A stretch of DNA of 53,696 bases from Candidatus Micrarchaeia archaeon (GCA_039794045.1 JBAMLY010000015.1:6404-60099); one strand, 5' to 3'. Positions 44,552 through 53,493 are shown, numbered from the stretch's first letter. A program made the numbers and translations. The notes: generated by a model from the sequence alone, not told the origin.

Positions 44552-45154
44552 GTGGTCGAGATAAGAAAGAAACTCGAGGAAGCCCTGCGAAAGTCTGGCG
44601 GGCGCGCCGTAATACTAGTGCACCCCTTGTTCCACGAATTCAATAAAACCAGTTACCCACAAGAAGTTTTTCCTGAGCGGACGCCGCAGGGAAGAAAGTT
44701 CTTGCAAACCGTTAACAAAGTCATATCCAAGTCAAGGGTTCCAGTAATAGTTTTCGAGGAACACCACCACTTCAAGCAAGCGCAGGAAATGCTGCCCAAA
44801 AAAGTTTTTTTCGTGAAAACTTTTCGCGGCCATCCAATTCCGTTAGAGGGGTGGGCGCCCGCGCTCTCTTACTTGAAGGAAGCTGGTTTAAAGCAAGCAA
44901 TTGTTGGAGGACAGTTGTTGGTTGACGTTGACGAGTCACTCATCCCGAAAACGCAGTCAGACGTCAGAGACGAGTTCGACGAGAGAAAAGAAGTCTTTAA
45001 GTCAATGCTTTCTTCATCCAAGCAATTAAAGTCAATGCCTCTCGGCGGCTGCGTCGCGATGACTGCCGCCCAGCTTTTAAAAGCAGGCGTCAAGGTAGCA
45101 GTAATGCGCAACGCCGTCCACCCGTCAAAGCCAGAACTAAAGAAAGGGAATTAG
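44552..45154 (+). CDS. Isochorismatase/cysteine-hydrolase-like fold protein, paralog B
   Basis: KSGGRAVILVHPLFHE, PVIVFEE, AGLKQAIVGG and GGCVAMTAAQL. GTG start about 24 nt after TTTTAAAA. Confidence 0.6.
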   Translation: MVEIRKKLEEALRKSGGRAVILVHPLFHEFNKTSYPQEVFPERTPQGRKFLQTVNKVISKSRVPVIVFEEHHHFKQAQEMLPKKVFFVKTFRGHPIPLEGWAPALSYLKEAGLKQAIVGGQLLVDVDESLIPKTQSDVRDEFDERKEVFKSMLSSSKQLKSMPLGGCVAMTAAQLLKAGVKVAVMRNAVHPSKPELKKGN

Positions 45155-45155
45155 G

Positions 45156-47090
45156 TTGGCTTTCCCGGCGCGCCAGCAATTAATTGTTTTCTCTTGCCTT
45201 TCGTTTCTTGCGGCAGCCTCGGTTTTCTCGGACGCGGCGGGGCTGGCGTGCGGCGCTCTCTTCTTGTTTCTCGTGCCAGGCTACTTCGTGGCGCGCGCGC
45301 TGCGCCTGCAACTAAACGGCGTGGAACTCGCAGTTGTTTCCGTGGTTGCGAGCGTCTTGCTTTCAACACAGCTTGCTTACTGGCTGTCTCTCGCCTTCGG
45401 CTACTCTCGCGGTACTCTTGCCCTATCTTTTTTTTCGTGGTCTCTTCTAGCCTTCTGCGTTGACTTCAAGAAACTCTATCCCTCAAGCGAAGTAAAACGC
45501 GTTCTCGGCGAGCACAAGCACGCGATTGCTGGCGCTGCCGCTACTTTCGCGGTCGTGTTCGCCGTCCTCTCGCAGACTCTCTGGGTCGAGACCGCAAACG
45601 GCGTGGTAGTTGGAGGCTATAACTGGGCTGACTTCTTCGTCCACCTCTCAATCGGGCAGAGCGTGAACGCAGGCAACTTCCCGCCCCAAACTCCTTTTTT
45701 TGCTGGCGCGCCCCTAGCCTACCACTGGTTCGTTGACTTTCACACCGCAATACTTTCAAAGCTGTCGTCAGTGTTTTTTGCCTTCGTGGCCCGCTTCGAG
45801 AACGCTTTTTATTCGGCTTTGCTTTTCCTCTCGACTTTTTGTTTGGCGCGCTTTCTCGCCGCAGACTCGAAGCAGAAAAACTCGGTTGCGTTGCTCGCGG
45901 CAGTGCTAATGGTTTTCGGGGGCGGCATGGGATTCATTCAACTCGCCGGCGACGTGGGTTCTGCTCCGCTCAACCAATTAATCGCGCAAAAAAACTATGA
46001 CGCGCACTCACAGCAATTTCAAGTTATTTCAGTGATGGAGTACTTGCTCGTGCAACGCCCGCAAATAATCGCCTTGCCGGCGCTGGCGGTGTTCTTGTTG
46101 CTGGCGTTGCAGGGCTTCGGCGAGAACAGCAAACGCAAGGTGTTTCTCGCTGGCCTGTTGTTGGGCGCGCTCGCGCCATTCCAGTACGCGGCGTTCGCGG
46201 CAGGCGCTGTTGCCGCAGTGTTGCTGGCGGCTTTCAAGGCAGCGCCGCGCAACGCATTCAGGGAACGCGCTTCCCTGCCTGCCTTGTTTGCTCCCTTGCT
46301 GTTCGTCCTACCATTTTTCTTTTCTGCCGCGCCTTCGGCGCGCCCCAAGCTTTCCCTTGGCTGGGTGTCAGGTGCTAGCGACCCGTTTTCCTTCACAGCC
46401 TTTTACGCCTTGAACTTGGGCGTTCCATTTCTGCTCGCTGTGGCCGCGGCTTTCCTGGTGGGCGAGCGCGAGCTACGCGAAAAAAAGTTTTTGGTTGCCT
46501 TGCTTGCGGCGTTGTTTGCGGTGCCGAACACCGCGTCATTCAGCGCGTTCGAGTGGGACATGGGAAAGTTTTTTGCTTGCATGTGGCTGCCTGCAAGCAT
46601 TCTCGCGGCCGCGTTACTGGCGCGCGCAGCAAAGTGGTTGCGCGCTTTACTGGTCGCCGCTTCAGTGTTGAGTCCCCTGCTTTTCATTGCTTGGTTCGCT
46701 CAATCTAGTTGGGTTGCCTTGTCACCGCAAGAAAAAGAAGTTGCAGATTGGATGGCGGCAAACCTTCCAGAGCGAGCAGTAGTCGTGAGCTTTCAAACGC
46801 AGAACTCGCCAATCGACGCGGCCGGCCGGCTGCGGCTCTCGACCGCGGAATGGATTGTGTTCAGTTACTCTCTTCCCTACAAGGAGAGGTTCGACGACAT
46901 CAAAAAATTTTATTGTAGTTCAGCAGACGAAGCAGTTAAGGTAATGAAGAAGTACGGCGCTTCATTTGCTTTCTTGGGGAAAGACGAGCGCTTGAACTTC
47001 GCTGGCTGCGCCTTCAACTTCGCTTTTGACTCGCGCTTCAAAAAAGTTTACGACGCTGGCGGCATTCAAGTTTTCCGTTTAGGTGAGTGA
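45156..47090 (+). CDS. GT-C fold membrane glycosyltransferase-like protein
   Basis: Multi-TM protein with WADFFVH...PPQTPFFAGAPLAYHW in the first external loop and a C-terminal soluble domain W.AANLP...KKYGASF...FKKVY. Confidence 0.7.
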   Translation: MAFPARQQLIVFSCLSFLAAASVFSDAAGLACGALFLFLVPGYFVARALRLQLNGVELAVVSVVASVLLSTQLAYWLSLAFGYSRGTLALSFFSWSLLAFCVDFKKLYPSSEVKRVLGEHKHAIAGAAATFAVVFAVLSQTLWVETANGVVVGGYNWADFFVHLSIGQSVNAGNFPPQTPFFAGAPLAYHWFVDFHTAILSKLSSVFFAFVARFENAFYSALLFLSTFCLARFLAADSKQKNSVALLAAVLMVFGGGMGFIQLAGDVGSAPLNQLIAQKNYDAHSQQFQVISVMEYLLVQRPQIIALPALAVFLLLALQGFGENSKRKVFLAGLLLGALAPFQYAAFAAGAVAAVLLAAFKAAPRNAFRERASLPALFAPLLFVLPFFFSAAPSARPKLSLGWVSGASDPFSFTAFYALNLGVPFLLAVAAAFLVGERELREKKFLVALLAALFAVPNTASFSAFEWDMGKFFACMWLPASILAAALLARAAKWLRALLVAASVLSPLLFIAWFAQSSWVALSPQEKEVADWMAANLPERAVVVSFQTQNSPIDAAGRLRLSTAEWIVFSYSLPYKERFDDIKKFYCSSADEAVKVMKKYGASFAFLGKDERLNFAGCAFNFAFDSRFKKVYDAGGIQVFRLGE

Positions 47091-47803
47091 AAGTGGTTGA
47101 AGTAATAAAGACGGGCAGGAAAGGCGGCAAGGCGCTCGCTAGAGCAGTTCAAGTAATGCGGCGCGGGGGCTTGGTCGCCTACCCAACTGAAACGAGTTAC
47201 GGGCTCGGCTGCGACGCCACCAACGAGGAAGCGGTGCGCAGAGTCTTCAAAGCAAAGGCGAGGAACGCCGAGAAAAGCCTACCAATAATAGTTGCGAGCA
47301 CTTCAATGGCGGCAAAATACTTGTGGTTGGACGACCGCGCGCTTGCCCTCGCAAAGAAATTCATGCCTGGACCCCTCTCGCTCGTGGTTCCACGCAAGAA
47401 GGGGCTGGCGCGCTCGCTTTCAAGCACTGGAACCATTTCATTCCGCGTTTCCTCTCACGAGTTCGCGCGGGCTCTCGCCAGCCGCCTCGGAAAACCAGTT
47501 GTTGCCACGAGCGCCAACATCTCCGGCGAGCCGCCAGCTTACTCGCCGCAAGAAATAGTTTCCCGCTTTGGAGACGAGGTTGACTTGGTGGTGGACGCCG
47601 GCAAGCTCGCGGAAAGACCGCCTTCCACGGTTTTGAACCTCGCGTCTCCAAAACCAGAGTTGCTCAGGAAAGGAGTGCTTGCAGTTGAAGTCACGCGATT
47701 CCTGCAACGCTTTTCCTCCAACCGCCACCGGCCAGAAAAGAAAAAACTCGTTCGGCGCCGAACGCAGCGACCAAAACCATTGCCTCATCCAAGTAAACAA
47801 TGA
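47087..47803 (+). CDS. sua5: L-threonylcarbamoyladenylate synthase (YrdC/TsaC domain only)
   Basis: YPTETSYGLGCDA, KAKAR, PGPLS, ATSANISG and PSTV. No Sua5 C-terminal domain. Confidence 0.93.
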   Translation: MKVVEVIKTGRKGGKALARAVQVMRRGGLVAYPTETSYGLGCDATNEEAVRRVFKAKARNAEKSLPIIVASTSMAAKYLWLDDRALALAKKFMPGPLSLVVPRKKGLARSLSSTGTISFRVSSHEFARALASRLGKPVVATSANISGEPPAYSPQEIVSRFGDEVDLVVDAGKLAERPPSTVLNLASPKPELLRKGVLAVEVTRFLQRFSSNRHRPEKKKLVRRRTQRPKPLPHPSKQ

Positions 47804-48800
47804 AGCGCTGCATCAAAACCCGCAAGCCAAGCCAATCGTTTTTAACGAGTGCCACTCCAGCTAAGACGAGCGCGAGCGCCAGAAGTTCCGACTCGCCAAA
47901 CAATTGCTTTTCGCCGCGCTTCCAACGCATTAAAACCCTTCCAGCTAAAAAGGCAACGCCGCAAAAGAACAAGGCAAGCAACACGACGCCAGACTGGGAA
48001 GCGACTTCTCCGAAGCCAACCGGCACGCCCTCATGTTGCGCGAACTGGTTAGTCGCGAAAACGTTTAAGTGCCCAACCACAGCAAACTGCCAAGCAAAAT
48101 AGCTTAGCACTAGCACGCCCCAGCAACACAACGCAAGCAGCCCGCCCTCGCGAGCGCTCCTCTTTGCCTCGCGCTTCTCTCCCAGCTCGCCCTTCAACCC
48201 AAGAGAGGAAGCAAGCGCGAAAACCCCGTACAAGAAAAGCCCGCCAGCCAAGAACAACGCAGTCTCTTGGTGAGTTAAAGCTACTACGGCAGCCAACAAC
48301 AACGAAGCCACCCACTTTCTTTCGAGCACGGCAAGCAAAGCAAGGGGAACAAGAAGCATTCCCACCGCCTGCGGCAACGGACGCACAGTGTAAATCAAGA
48401 GCTCTGCCGGCAACAACGAAAGAAAAGCCGCGAACAAGCCAGCGCGCTCGCCAAACATTTTTCTCGCAAGCGCGAAGAAAGCAAGAGGCGACAACGCGCC
48501 CACCACCATCACGCCGAGCCTGCTCGCTGCCTCAACCGACACCCCAGCCAGAATCACTGACGCGCCCACGAGAACTCGGTACAACGGCACGTACAAGAAC
48601 GGAATTCCTCCCCCGTAAGAATAATAGTCAACGCGAGGATAGAAGCCGGTTTCAGCGAACTCGCGCGCGGGCGCGGCATGCATTCCCGTGTTGCCGAACG
48701 TGGGCATGTAAAACTCTTGCAGCACCAGCGAGTGGCTCCAACAACTTAACGCCACCGCGACTGCGAGCACGACTAACGAAAATATTTTCCAGCGCTCCAC
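47691..48800 (-). CDS. GT-C glycosyltransferase-like membrane protein, N-terminal (TM) half only
   Basis: GNTGMH...GFYP...GGGIPFLYVPLY, YTVRPLPQ and LTHQ on about 10 TM helices. Lacks the soluble C-terminal domain. Confidence 0.7.
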   Translation of the reverse strand: MERWKIFSLVVLAVAVALSCWSHSLVLQEFYMPTFGNTGMHAAPAREFAETGFYPRVDYYSYGGGIPFLYVPLYRVLVGASVILAGVSVEAASRLGVMVVGALSPLAFFALARKMFGERAGLFAAFLSLLPAELLIYTVRPLPQAVGMLLVPLALLAVLERKWVASLLLAAVVALTHQETALFLAGGLFLYGVFALASSLGLKGELGEKREAKRSAREGGLLALCCWGVLVLSYFAWQFAVVGHLNVFATNQFAQHEGVPVGFGEVASQSGVVLLALFFCGVAFLAGRVLMRWKRGEKQLFGESELLALALVLAGVALVKNDWLGLRVLMQRFIVYLDEAMVLVAAFGAERVFSFLAGGGWRKSVAGIA

Positions 48801-48806
48801 CCAAAA

Positions 48807-49301
48807 TCACTTTACCTTGTAAACCACTGCACCCTCGTTGCCGAAGACTTTCTCGAAGTAGTTCGCGTCGCTGAACTTCTGCGCTTGCACGCTTTCCCAG
48901 CCGAAGCCGCAGTGCACTTGGCGCGAGGGAACAACCGCGTACGACGCGCCGTACTTGACTGCTATCTCATGAGCCTCTGCAGCAGAAGAAGAAACATAAA
49001 AACGCGTGACGTCACTCATTCTCTGCACGGCGTCAGGCGAGGTAGTCCAGTCTCCTCCCACGGGCGGCGCGCGCAACACGAGCGCCATCAACGTTTCGCC
49101 GCCGAAAATGTCGTACATTATGGTGGCGCGCGCCGGCGTGTTCGCGCCCAACCACTTTATCGCTTCCACTTCGCCTGGAACAACTACTGGAATAACCCAC
49201 GGCTTCGCTGAATCCACTGCACTAACAAAGTCAGTCCAACCAAGCCAGCCGACGACCAACAAGAACACCGCCGCGGCAGCCCACCCAATTTTATCATTCA
49301 T
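48807..49301 (-). CDS. Stand-alone GT-C C-terminal domain (one TM plus soluble domain)
   Basis: EVEAIKWLGANTPARA...RMSDVTRFY.SSSAAEA...KYGASY...FEKVFGNEGAVVY aligns by eye with the C-terminus of the 644-aa GT-C protein. Confidence 0.7.
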   Translation of the reverse strand: MNDKIGWAAAAVFLLVVGWLGWTDFVSAVDSAKPWVIPVVVPGEVEAIKWLGANTPARATIMYDIFGGETLMALVLRAPPVGGDWTTSPDAVQRMSDVTRFYVSSSAAEAHEIAVKYGASYAVVPSRQVHCGFGWESVQAQKFSDANYFEKVFGNEGAVVYKVK

Positions 49302-49338
49302 CGCATACCTTTAATTTTCAGCCAATTAAATAGTTTTC

Positions 49339-50010
49339 ATGCCAGCGCACGCAATACAGCGAAACGCCTTCAACGAAATAGCCGTTGAATGGGATAAGAA
49401 CCGCCGCACGCCGTCACCGTGCCTTTCTCTCTTCCTCTCCCTACCCGCCCCAAACCGCTTCACCGCCTTAGACGAGGGATGCGGCAACGCGCGAAACGCC
49501 GTGGAAATAGCGAGGCACTACTGCAAAGTCGTCGCCTGCGACTCTTCCCCCCAAATGCTTGAAAAAGCGCGAGAGCGAGTCAAGCACGCTCGCGCCCTAA
49601 ACGTTGCCGTAAAACACGCGGACGCCGCCGACTTGCCTTTCGAGAGCAATTCTTTTGACGCCGTCTTTTCCCTTGCAGTACTGCACCTAATTTTCCCGGC
49701 CTCCAAGCGCTTCAAAGCATTCAAAGAAATCAGTAGAGTGCTCAAACCAGGCGGCCTCGCTTTCGTGAGTGTTTGGAACAAACAACAACCACGCTTCGCG
49801 AAAACGCGCGGCTCCACTACAGTGATTGCGAGCTTTGCAGGAAAGCAAGCACCACGCAAGTACTACTTTTTTTCTCCAGCCGAGTTCAAGAAAACCGCAG
49901 CCAAAGCAGGCCTGCAAACAATCAAAGTCTTTTTCGAGCGCGGCGGAGAAGCCACTCTAAAGAGAAGCGGCGCCGCAAACTTGTGCTTCGTCCTAAGAAA
50001 AAAAGTTTAG
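49339..50010 (+). CDS. Class I SAM-dependent methyltransferase (Trm9/ALKBH8-like N-terminus)
   Basis: Motif I LDEGCGNA, CDSSPQML, DAADLPF..NSFDAVFS.AVLH and RVLKPGG. The N-terminal FNEIA..WDKNR..P resembles tRNA U34 methyltransferases. Confidence 0.75.
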   Translation: MPAHAIQRNAFNEIAVEWDKNRRTPSPCLSLFLSLPAPNRFTALDEGCGNARNAVEIARHYCKVVACDSSPQMLEKARERVKHARALNVAVKHADAADLPFESNSFDAVFSLAVLHLIFPASKRFKAFKEISRVLKPGGLAFVSVWNKQQPRFAKTRGSTTVIASFAGKQAPRKYYFFSPAEFKKTAAKAGLQTIKVFFERGGEATLKRSGAANLCFVLRKKV

Positions 50011-50666
50011 CCTTGGTACTTGCCTGCAATGAAGCAATGGTCTGCCTCGAAAGGATCCAGCACCACGAAGTCCGTCACTTCAACCCATTGCTTGAGTGCC
50101 TCGCGTTGCTCTGCGTAAACCTGTTTGGGAGGCTTCAACGAATTAATCGAGCGCGCCTTAACAGCGTACATTACCCACTTTGGCTTGAACACTGCAGCGT
50201 TACGCAAAAGAATTTGAGTCTGGTCTGGCGCTGCAACGTCTTCGTACAACACGTCCACTCCCCTCGGCACTGCGTCAACGTACTCTTCAGGCAATCGCGC
50301 GTCAGCCAAAATAGGGTACATGTTCTCGCGCTTCTCGCAAACGAAAATCAAGTCACGCATAGCGCGAGCGCTTTTTTCAACACAGTACAAGGCGCCGCCC
50401 ACACCAACAACATCGCTCGCGAAGCTCGCAGTGTAGCCATTCGCTGCACCCAAGTAAAGCACTCTAGCGCCCGGCGCTATGGGGCAGTTGCGCAAGCCTT
50501 TGACGATGGCGGCAGCGAGCTTGCTGCGCTTCGGGTCCCACAAACGGTATTCCACGCCACCCTCTTTCTTTACTGCCTCGCCAAACAAAGAACCGCGCGC
50601 CAGCGCGCGAGTGGCGAGCTTGCCGTTCAACGAAAAAATTCCTGGAAAACGTTCTTTGAAACGCAT
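50007..50666 (-). CDS. flpA: Fibrillarin-like rRNA/tRNA 2'-O-methyltransferase
   Basis: YRLWDPKRSKLAAAI, VLYLGAANGYTAS, ILADARLP and DVAAPDQ. Confidence 0.96.
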   Translation of the reverse strand: MRFKERFPGIFSLNGKLATRALARGSLFGEAVKKEGGVEYRLWDPKRSKLAAAIVKGLRNCPIAPGARVLYLGAANGYTASFASDVVGVGGALYCVEKSARAMRDLIFVCEKRENMYPILADARLPEEYVDAVPRGVDVLYEDVAAPDQTQILLRNAAVFKPKWVMYAVKARSINSLKPPKQVYAEQREALKQWVEVTDFVVLDPFEADHCFIAGKYQG

Positions 50667-50667
50667 T

Positions 50668-51465
50668 TCAGCCAGCCCTTATCTTCTTCAACCGCTCTTC
50701 AAGTTCTTGCTTGAGCTTGGGGGCAATGAAAGAGTGAGAGTAAAAATCGGCTTTCGCGGCTATCGCCAGCTTTCCCGCCAGCGCTCGCGCCACCCTCCCC
50801 CTCTCTGCCGCTGGAGCACTGCGCACGATGCCGCAATTGAATATGACTCCGTGCTTTGGAGGGCGCGCCTTCAACCGCAAGTGCTTGAACAACGCTTTCT
50901 CGGCGCCAATTACTTGAATCGTGCTGGCAGGCATTTTCGCGAGCCGCTCCAACCCCCCCGCGGTTGTGACGAGGCGCGCCGCAAACAACGCATCAGTCAA
51001 GAAAGACAAGTTCTTCAGCTTCTCTCCAGCCAAGCGCTCGATGTAGGCTTCCACTTCCCTTCTTGCCTCGCAAAGTTCTTTCACTCGCTTTGCTAGACTC
51101 ATTACCGCCTTCCTGTCGTTCAAGTCAAAGCGCGCCCCAAAACTCTGTCCAGCGCGCTCCATCAACTCGACTGCCTTGTCTGCGCCAACTATTTCGCTCA
51201 AGCGATTGAACTCCAAGTCCTCCTTGTCTCCGAACTCGGCAATCAACGCGGCAGTAGCTTCCTCGTTGTCTAAAACAAGTTCAGGAAAGTTCAAGCGCGC
51301 CCACTCCTGCAAGCGCTGAAAAAGAAGAGACTTCGCCTCGTCTAAGTCGTCCAGCGCGCGCGTCGCCTGAATGAGAAGCAAGTCCTTCTCCGAGAAAGCC
51401 TTTTGCACGCCCGCCCTAGCTTGCGCCAGCAACTCGCTCCTAGACTTCAAAGCCAAACCAACCAC
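50668..51465 (-). CDS. nop5: C/D box RNP protein Nop5 (Nop56/58), N-terminally short
   Basis: RLQEWARLNFPEL, LAKMPASTIQVIGAEKALFKHL, PPKHGVIF and RGRVARALAGKLAIAAKADF. Adjacent to flpA. Confidence 0.93.
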   Translation of the reverse strand: MVGLALKSRSELLAQARAGVQKAFSEKDLLLIQATRALDDLDEAKSLLFQRLQEWARLNFPELVLDNEEATAALIAEFGDKEDLEFNRLSEIVGADKAVELMERAGQSFGARFDLNDRKAVMSLAKRVKELCEARREVEAYIERLAGEKLKNLSFLTDALFAARLVTTAGGLERLAKMPASTIQVIGAEKALFKHLRLKARPPKHGVIFNCGIVRSAPAAERGRVARALAGKLAIAAKADFYSHSFIAPKLKQELEERLKKIRAG

Positions 51466-51672
51466 TACCCAAATTATTTCAACGCAACACTATTAAAAAC
51501 AAGTACAGCCCCTCAAGTGCTCTCATGCAAAACCATAATGACTCAAAAAATTCAAGGCAACAAACTGGATTGCAGGCATTAAAGCAATCAACGCCTACAA
51601 GCTGCCCAGAATAAGAGTTTACTCGTGAGCGGCAAGACGCGGGATTAAATACCTTTTTTTCTTTCTTTTTTC

Positions 51673-53223
51673 ATGGCCGCCAATCCAAAGAAGGGAAAGC
51701 CAGAGGAAGAGCAGAAGGACGACGTAGTCGCGAAAGTCGTCAACTTGTGCCAGCGCCGCGGAATAATTTTTCCGACGAGCGAAATCTACGGCGCCCCAGC
51801 CGGTTTTTTCGATTACGGGCCGTACGGCGCTCAATTGAAACGCAACCTTGAAAACTATTGGTGGGACTACTTCGTGCGCTTGCGAGAGGACGTGGTTGGA
51901 ATGGATGGCGCCATAATAACTAGTCCCGCCGTGTGGCAGGCGAGCGGCCACGTTGACTCCTTCAACGACCCACTCGTTGACTGCGCCAAATGCGGGTTGC
52001 GCGCTCGCGCCGACCACCTCGTAGAAGACGAATTGAAGATAAGCGTGGACGGCTTGTCGCTAGAGCACTTGCAGGAATTGATTGACGAGCACAAGATAAA
52101 GTGCCCAAAGTGCGGCGGCCCGCTTTCGCCTGTCCGATCTTTTTCGTTGATGTTCAAGACGAGCGTGGGCGCCGCCGGCGACGAGAAAAGCACGGCCTAC
52201 CTTCGCCCAGAAACAGCGCAACTCATCTTCGTTGACTTCAAGCAAGTGCAGTTCGTTTCGCGCAAGCAACTCCCATTCGGAATCGCGCAAATCGGGAAAG
52301 CATTCCGCAACGAGATAGCGCCACGCAACTTCGTTTTTCGGTGCCGCGAGTTCACGCAAATGGAGATAGAATACTTCGTGCACCCACAAAAAATGAATGA
52401 CTGCCCCCTCCTCTCGCCAGAACTCCTTGACGCAAGGCTGCCGCTTTACACGCAGAAAAACCAAGAAGAGAAAACTGCTGCCAGCCAAGAAACAGTGCGC
52501 GCCGCGCTCGACGCCGGAATAATTGGTTCACGGTGGCACGCTTACTGGCTCGCCGAATGCTTCACGTTCCTGCGCTTGCTTGGGCTGAAGAAAGAAAAGC
52601 TTCGCGCGCGCCAGCACTTGAAAGACGAGTTATCGCACTACTCGAGCGAGACGTGGGACTTGGAGTACGAGTACCCGTGGGGCTGGAAGGAACTGCACGG
52701 CATTGCGAACCGCGGCGACTTCGACTTGTCCCAGCACGCCAAGCACAGCGGAAAAGACTTGTCGTTCTTCGACCAAGCCGCCAACGAGAAAGTAGTGCCG
52801 CGCGTGATAGAGCCCTCGTGGGGCGTTGACCGCTTGTTGTTCACTCTGTTAATCGACGCTTTCACGGAAAAACCTCCGGCAAAGCAAGGAGGCGAGCCCC
52901 GCGTCGTGCTCTCGCTGTCGCCTCGCGTCGCGCCAGTTCAAGTTGCTGTCTTTCCTCTCGTCAGCAAAGACGAGCTCCCAGCCAAAGCGCGAAGCGTCTT
53001 CGAAGACTTGCGCTCGTGTTACTCGTGCGAGTTCGACGAGAGCGGAAGCATTGGCAGGCGCTACGCGCGCCAGGACGAGGTCGGCACGCCGCTCTGCGTC
53101 ACCATAGACTACCAGACCCTCGAAGACGACACGGTCACCGTCCGCGACCGCGACTCGGGCGCGCAAGAACGCGTCAAGGCAAGCGACTTGCGCGCCGTAG
53201 TTTGGAGGAAGCTTGGACTATAA
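51673..53223 (+). CDS. glyS: Glycine--tRNA ligase (archaeal/eukaryotic alpha2 type)
   Basis: ASGHVDSFND, LRPETAQ, GIAQIGKAFRNEI, REFTQMEIEYF, VIEPSWG and SIGRRYARQDEVGTP. Confidence 0.97.
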   Translation: MAANPKKGKPEEEQKDDVVAKVVNLCQRRGIIFPTSEIYGAPAGFFDYGPYGAQLKRNLENYWWDYFVRLREDVVGMDGAIITSPAVWQASGHVDSFNDPLVDCAKCGLRARADHLVEDELKISVDGLSLEHLQELIDEHKIKCPKCGGPLSPVRSFSLMFKTSVGAAGDEKSTAYLRPETAQLIFVDFKQVQFVSRKQLPFGIAQIGKAFRNEIAPRNFVFRCREFTQMEIEYFVHPQKMNDCPLLSPELLDARLPLYTQKNQEEKTAASQETVRAALDAGIIGSRWHAYWLAECFTFLRLLGLKKEKLRARQHLKDELSHYSSETWDLEYEYPWGWKELHGIANRGDFDLSQHAKHSGKDLSFFDQAANEKVVPRVIEPSWGVDRLLFTLLIDAFTEKPPAKQGGEPRVVLSLSPRVAPVQVAVFPLVSKDELPAKARSVFEDLRSCYSCEFDESGSIGRRYARQDEVGTPLCVTIDYQTLEDDTVTVRDRDSGAQERVKASDLRAVVWRKLGL

Positions 53224-53260
53224 ACTAGTGAAAGCAATTGTTTGAAAGAGGTGCATTGCA

Positions 53261-53434
53261 GTGAGTGGATTGATAGTCAAGTCCGCGGCAGCCGCTTTCA
53301 TGAAGAAAAACGGCTTGCGAACTTCAACGAGTTTCTACGACTCACTCGACAAAGCAGTAGAGGCACTGCTTGAAGCGGCAGTAAAGCGCGCCAAAGCAAA
53401 CAAGCGGCAAACCGTGATGGCGCAAGACGTGTAA
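53261..53434 (+). CDS. Small archaeal histone-fold protein (57 aa, short alpha3), missed by the ORF track
   Basis: Own translation: MSGLIVKSAAAAFMKKNGLRTSTSFYDSLDKAVEALLEAAVKRAKANKRQTVMAQDV. GAGGTG SD at 53248-53253, R-x-S loop 1 and RxTxxxxD loop 2 motif. Confidence 0.88.
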   Translation: MSGLIVKSAAAAFMKKNGLRTSTSFYDSLDKAVEALLEAAVKRAKANKRQTVMAQDV

Positions 53435-53493
53435 GCAAGCCCCCTTGCCTTGCTTCCGATAGTTTTTTATTCAACTAAGGAGCTTCTTTATTT

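Noticed and set aside
47691-47803. Basic C-terminal tail of Sua5 as a functional signal
   Set aside because: It lies entirely in the 113-nt convergent overlap with the GT-C gene and is probably a by-product of a shifted stop codon.
48800-48807. Frameshifted or nonsense-broken pseudogene
   Set aside because: The C-terminal half lies upstream of the N-terminal half, which a point lesion cannot produce.
51525-51614. 29-codon ORF or small RNA between nop5 and glyS
   Set aside because: It has no SD, recognisable motif or C/D boxes, and the region is explained by two divergent promoters.
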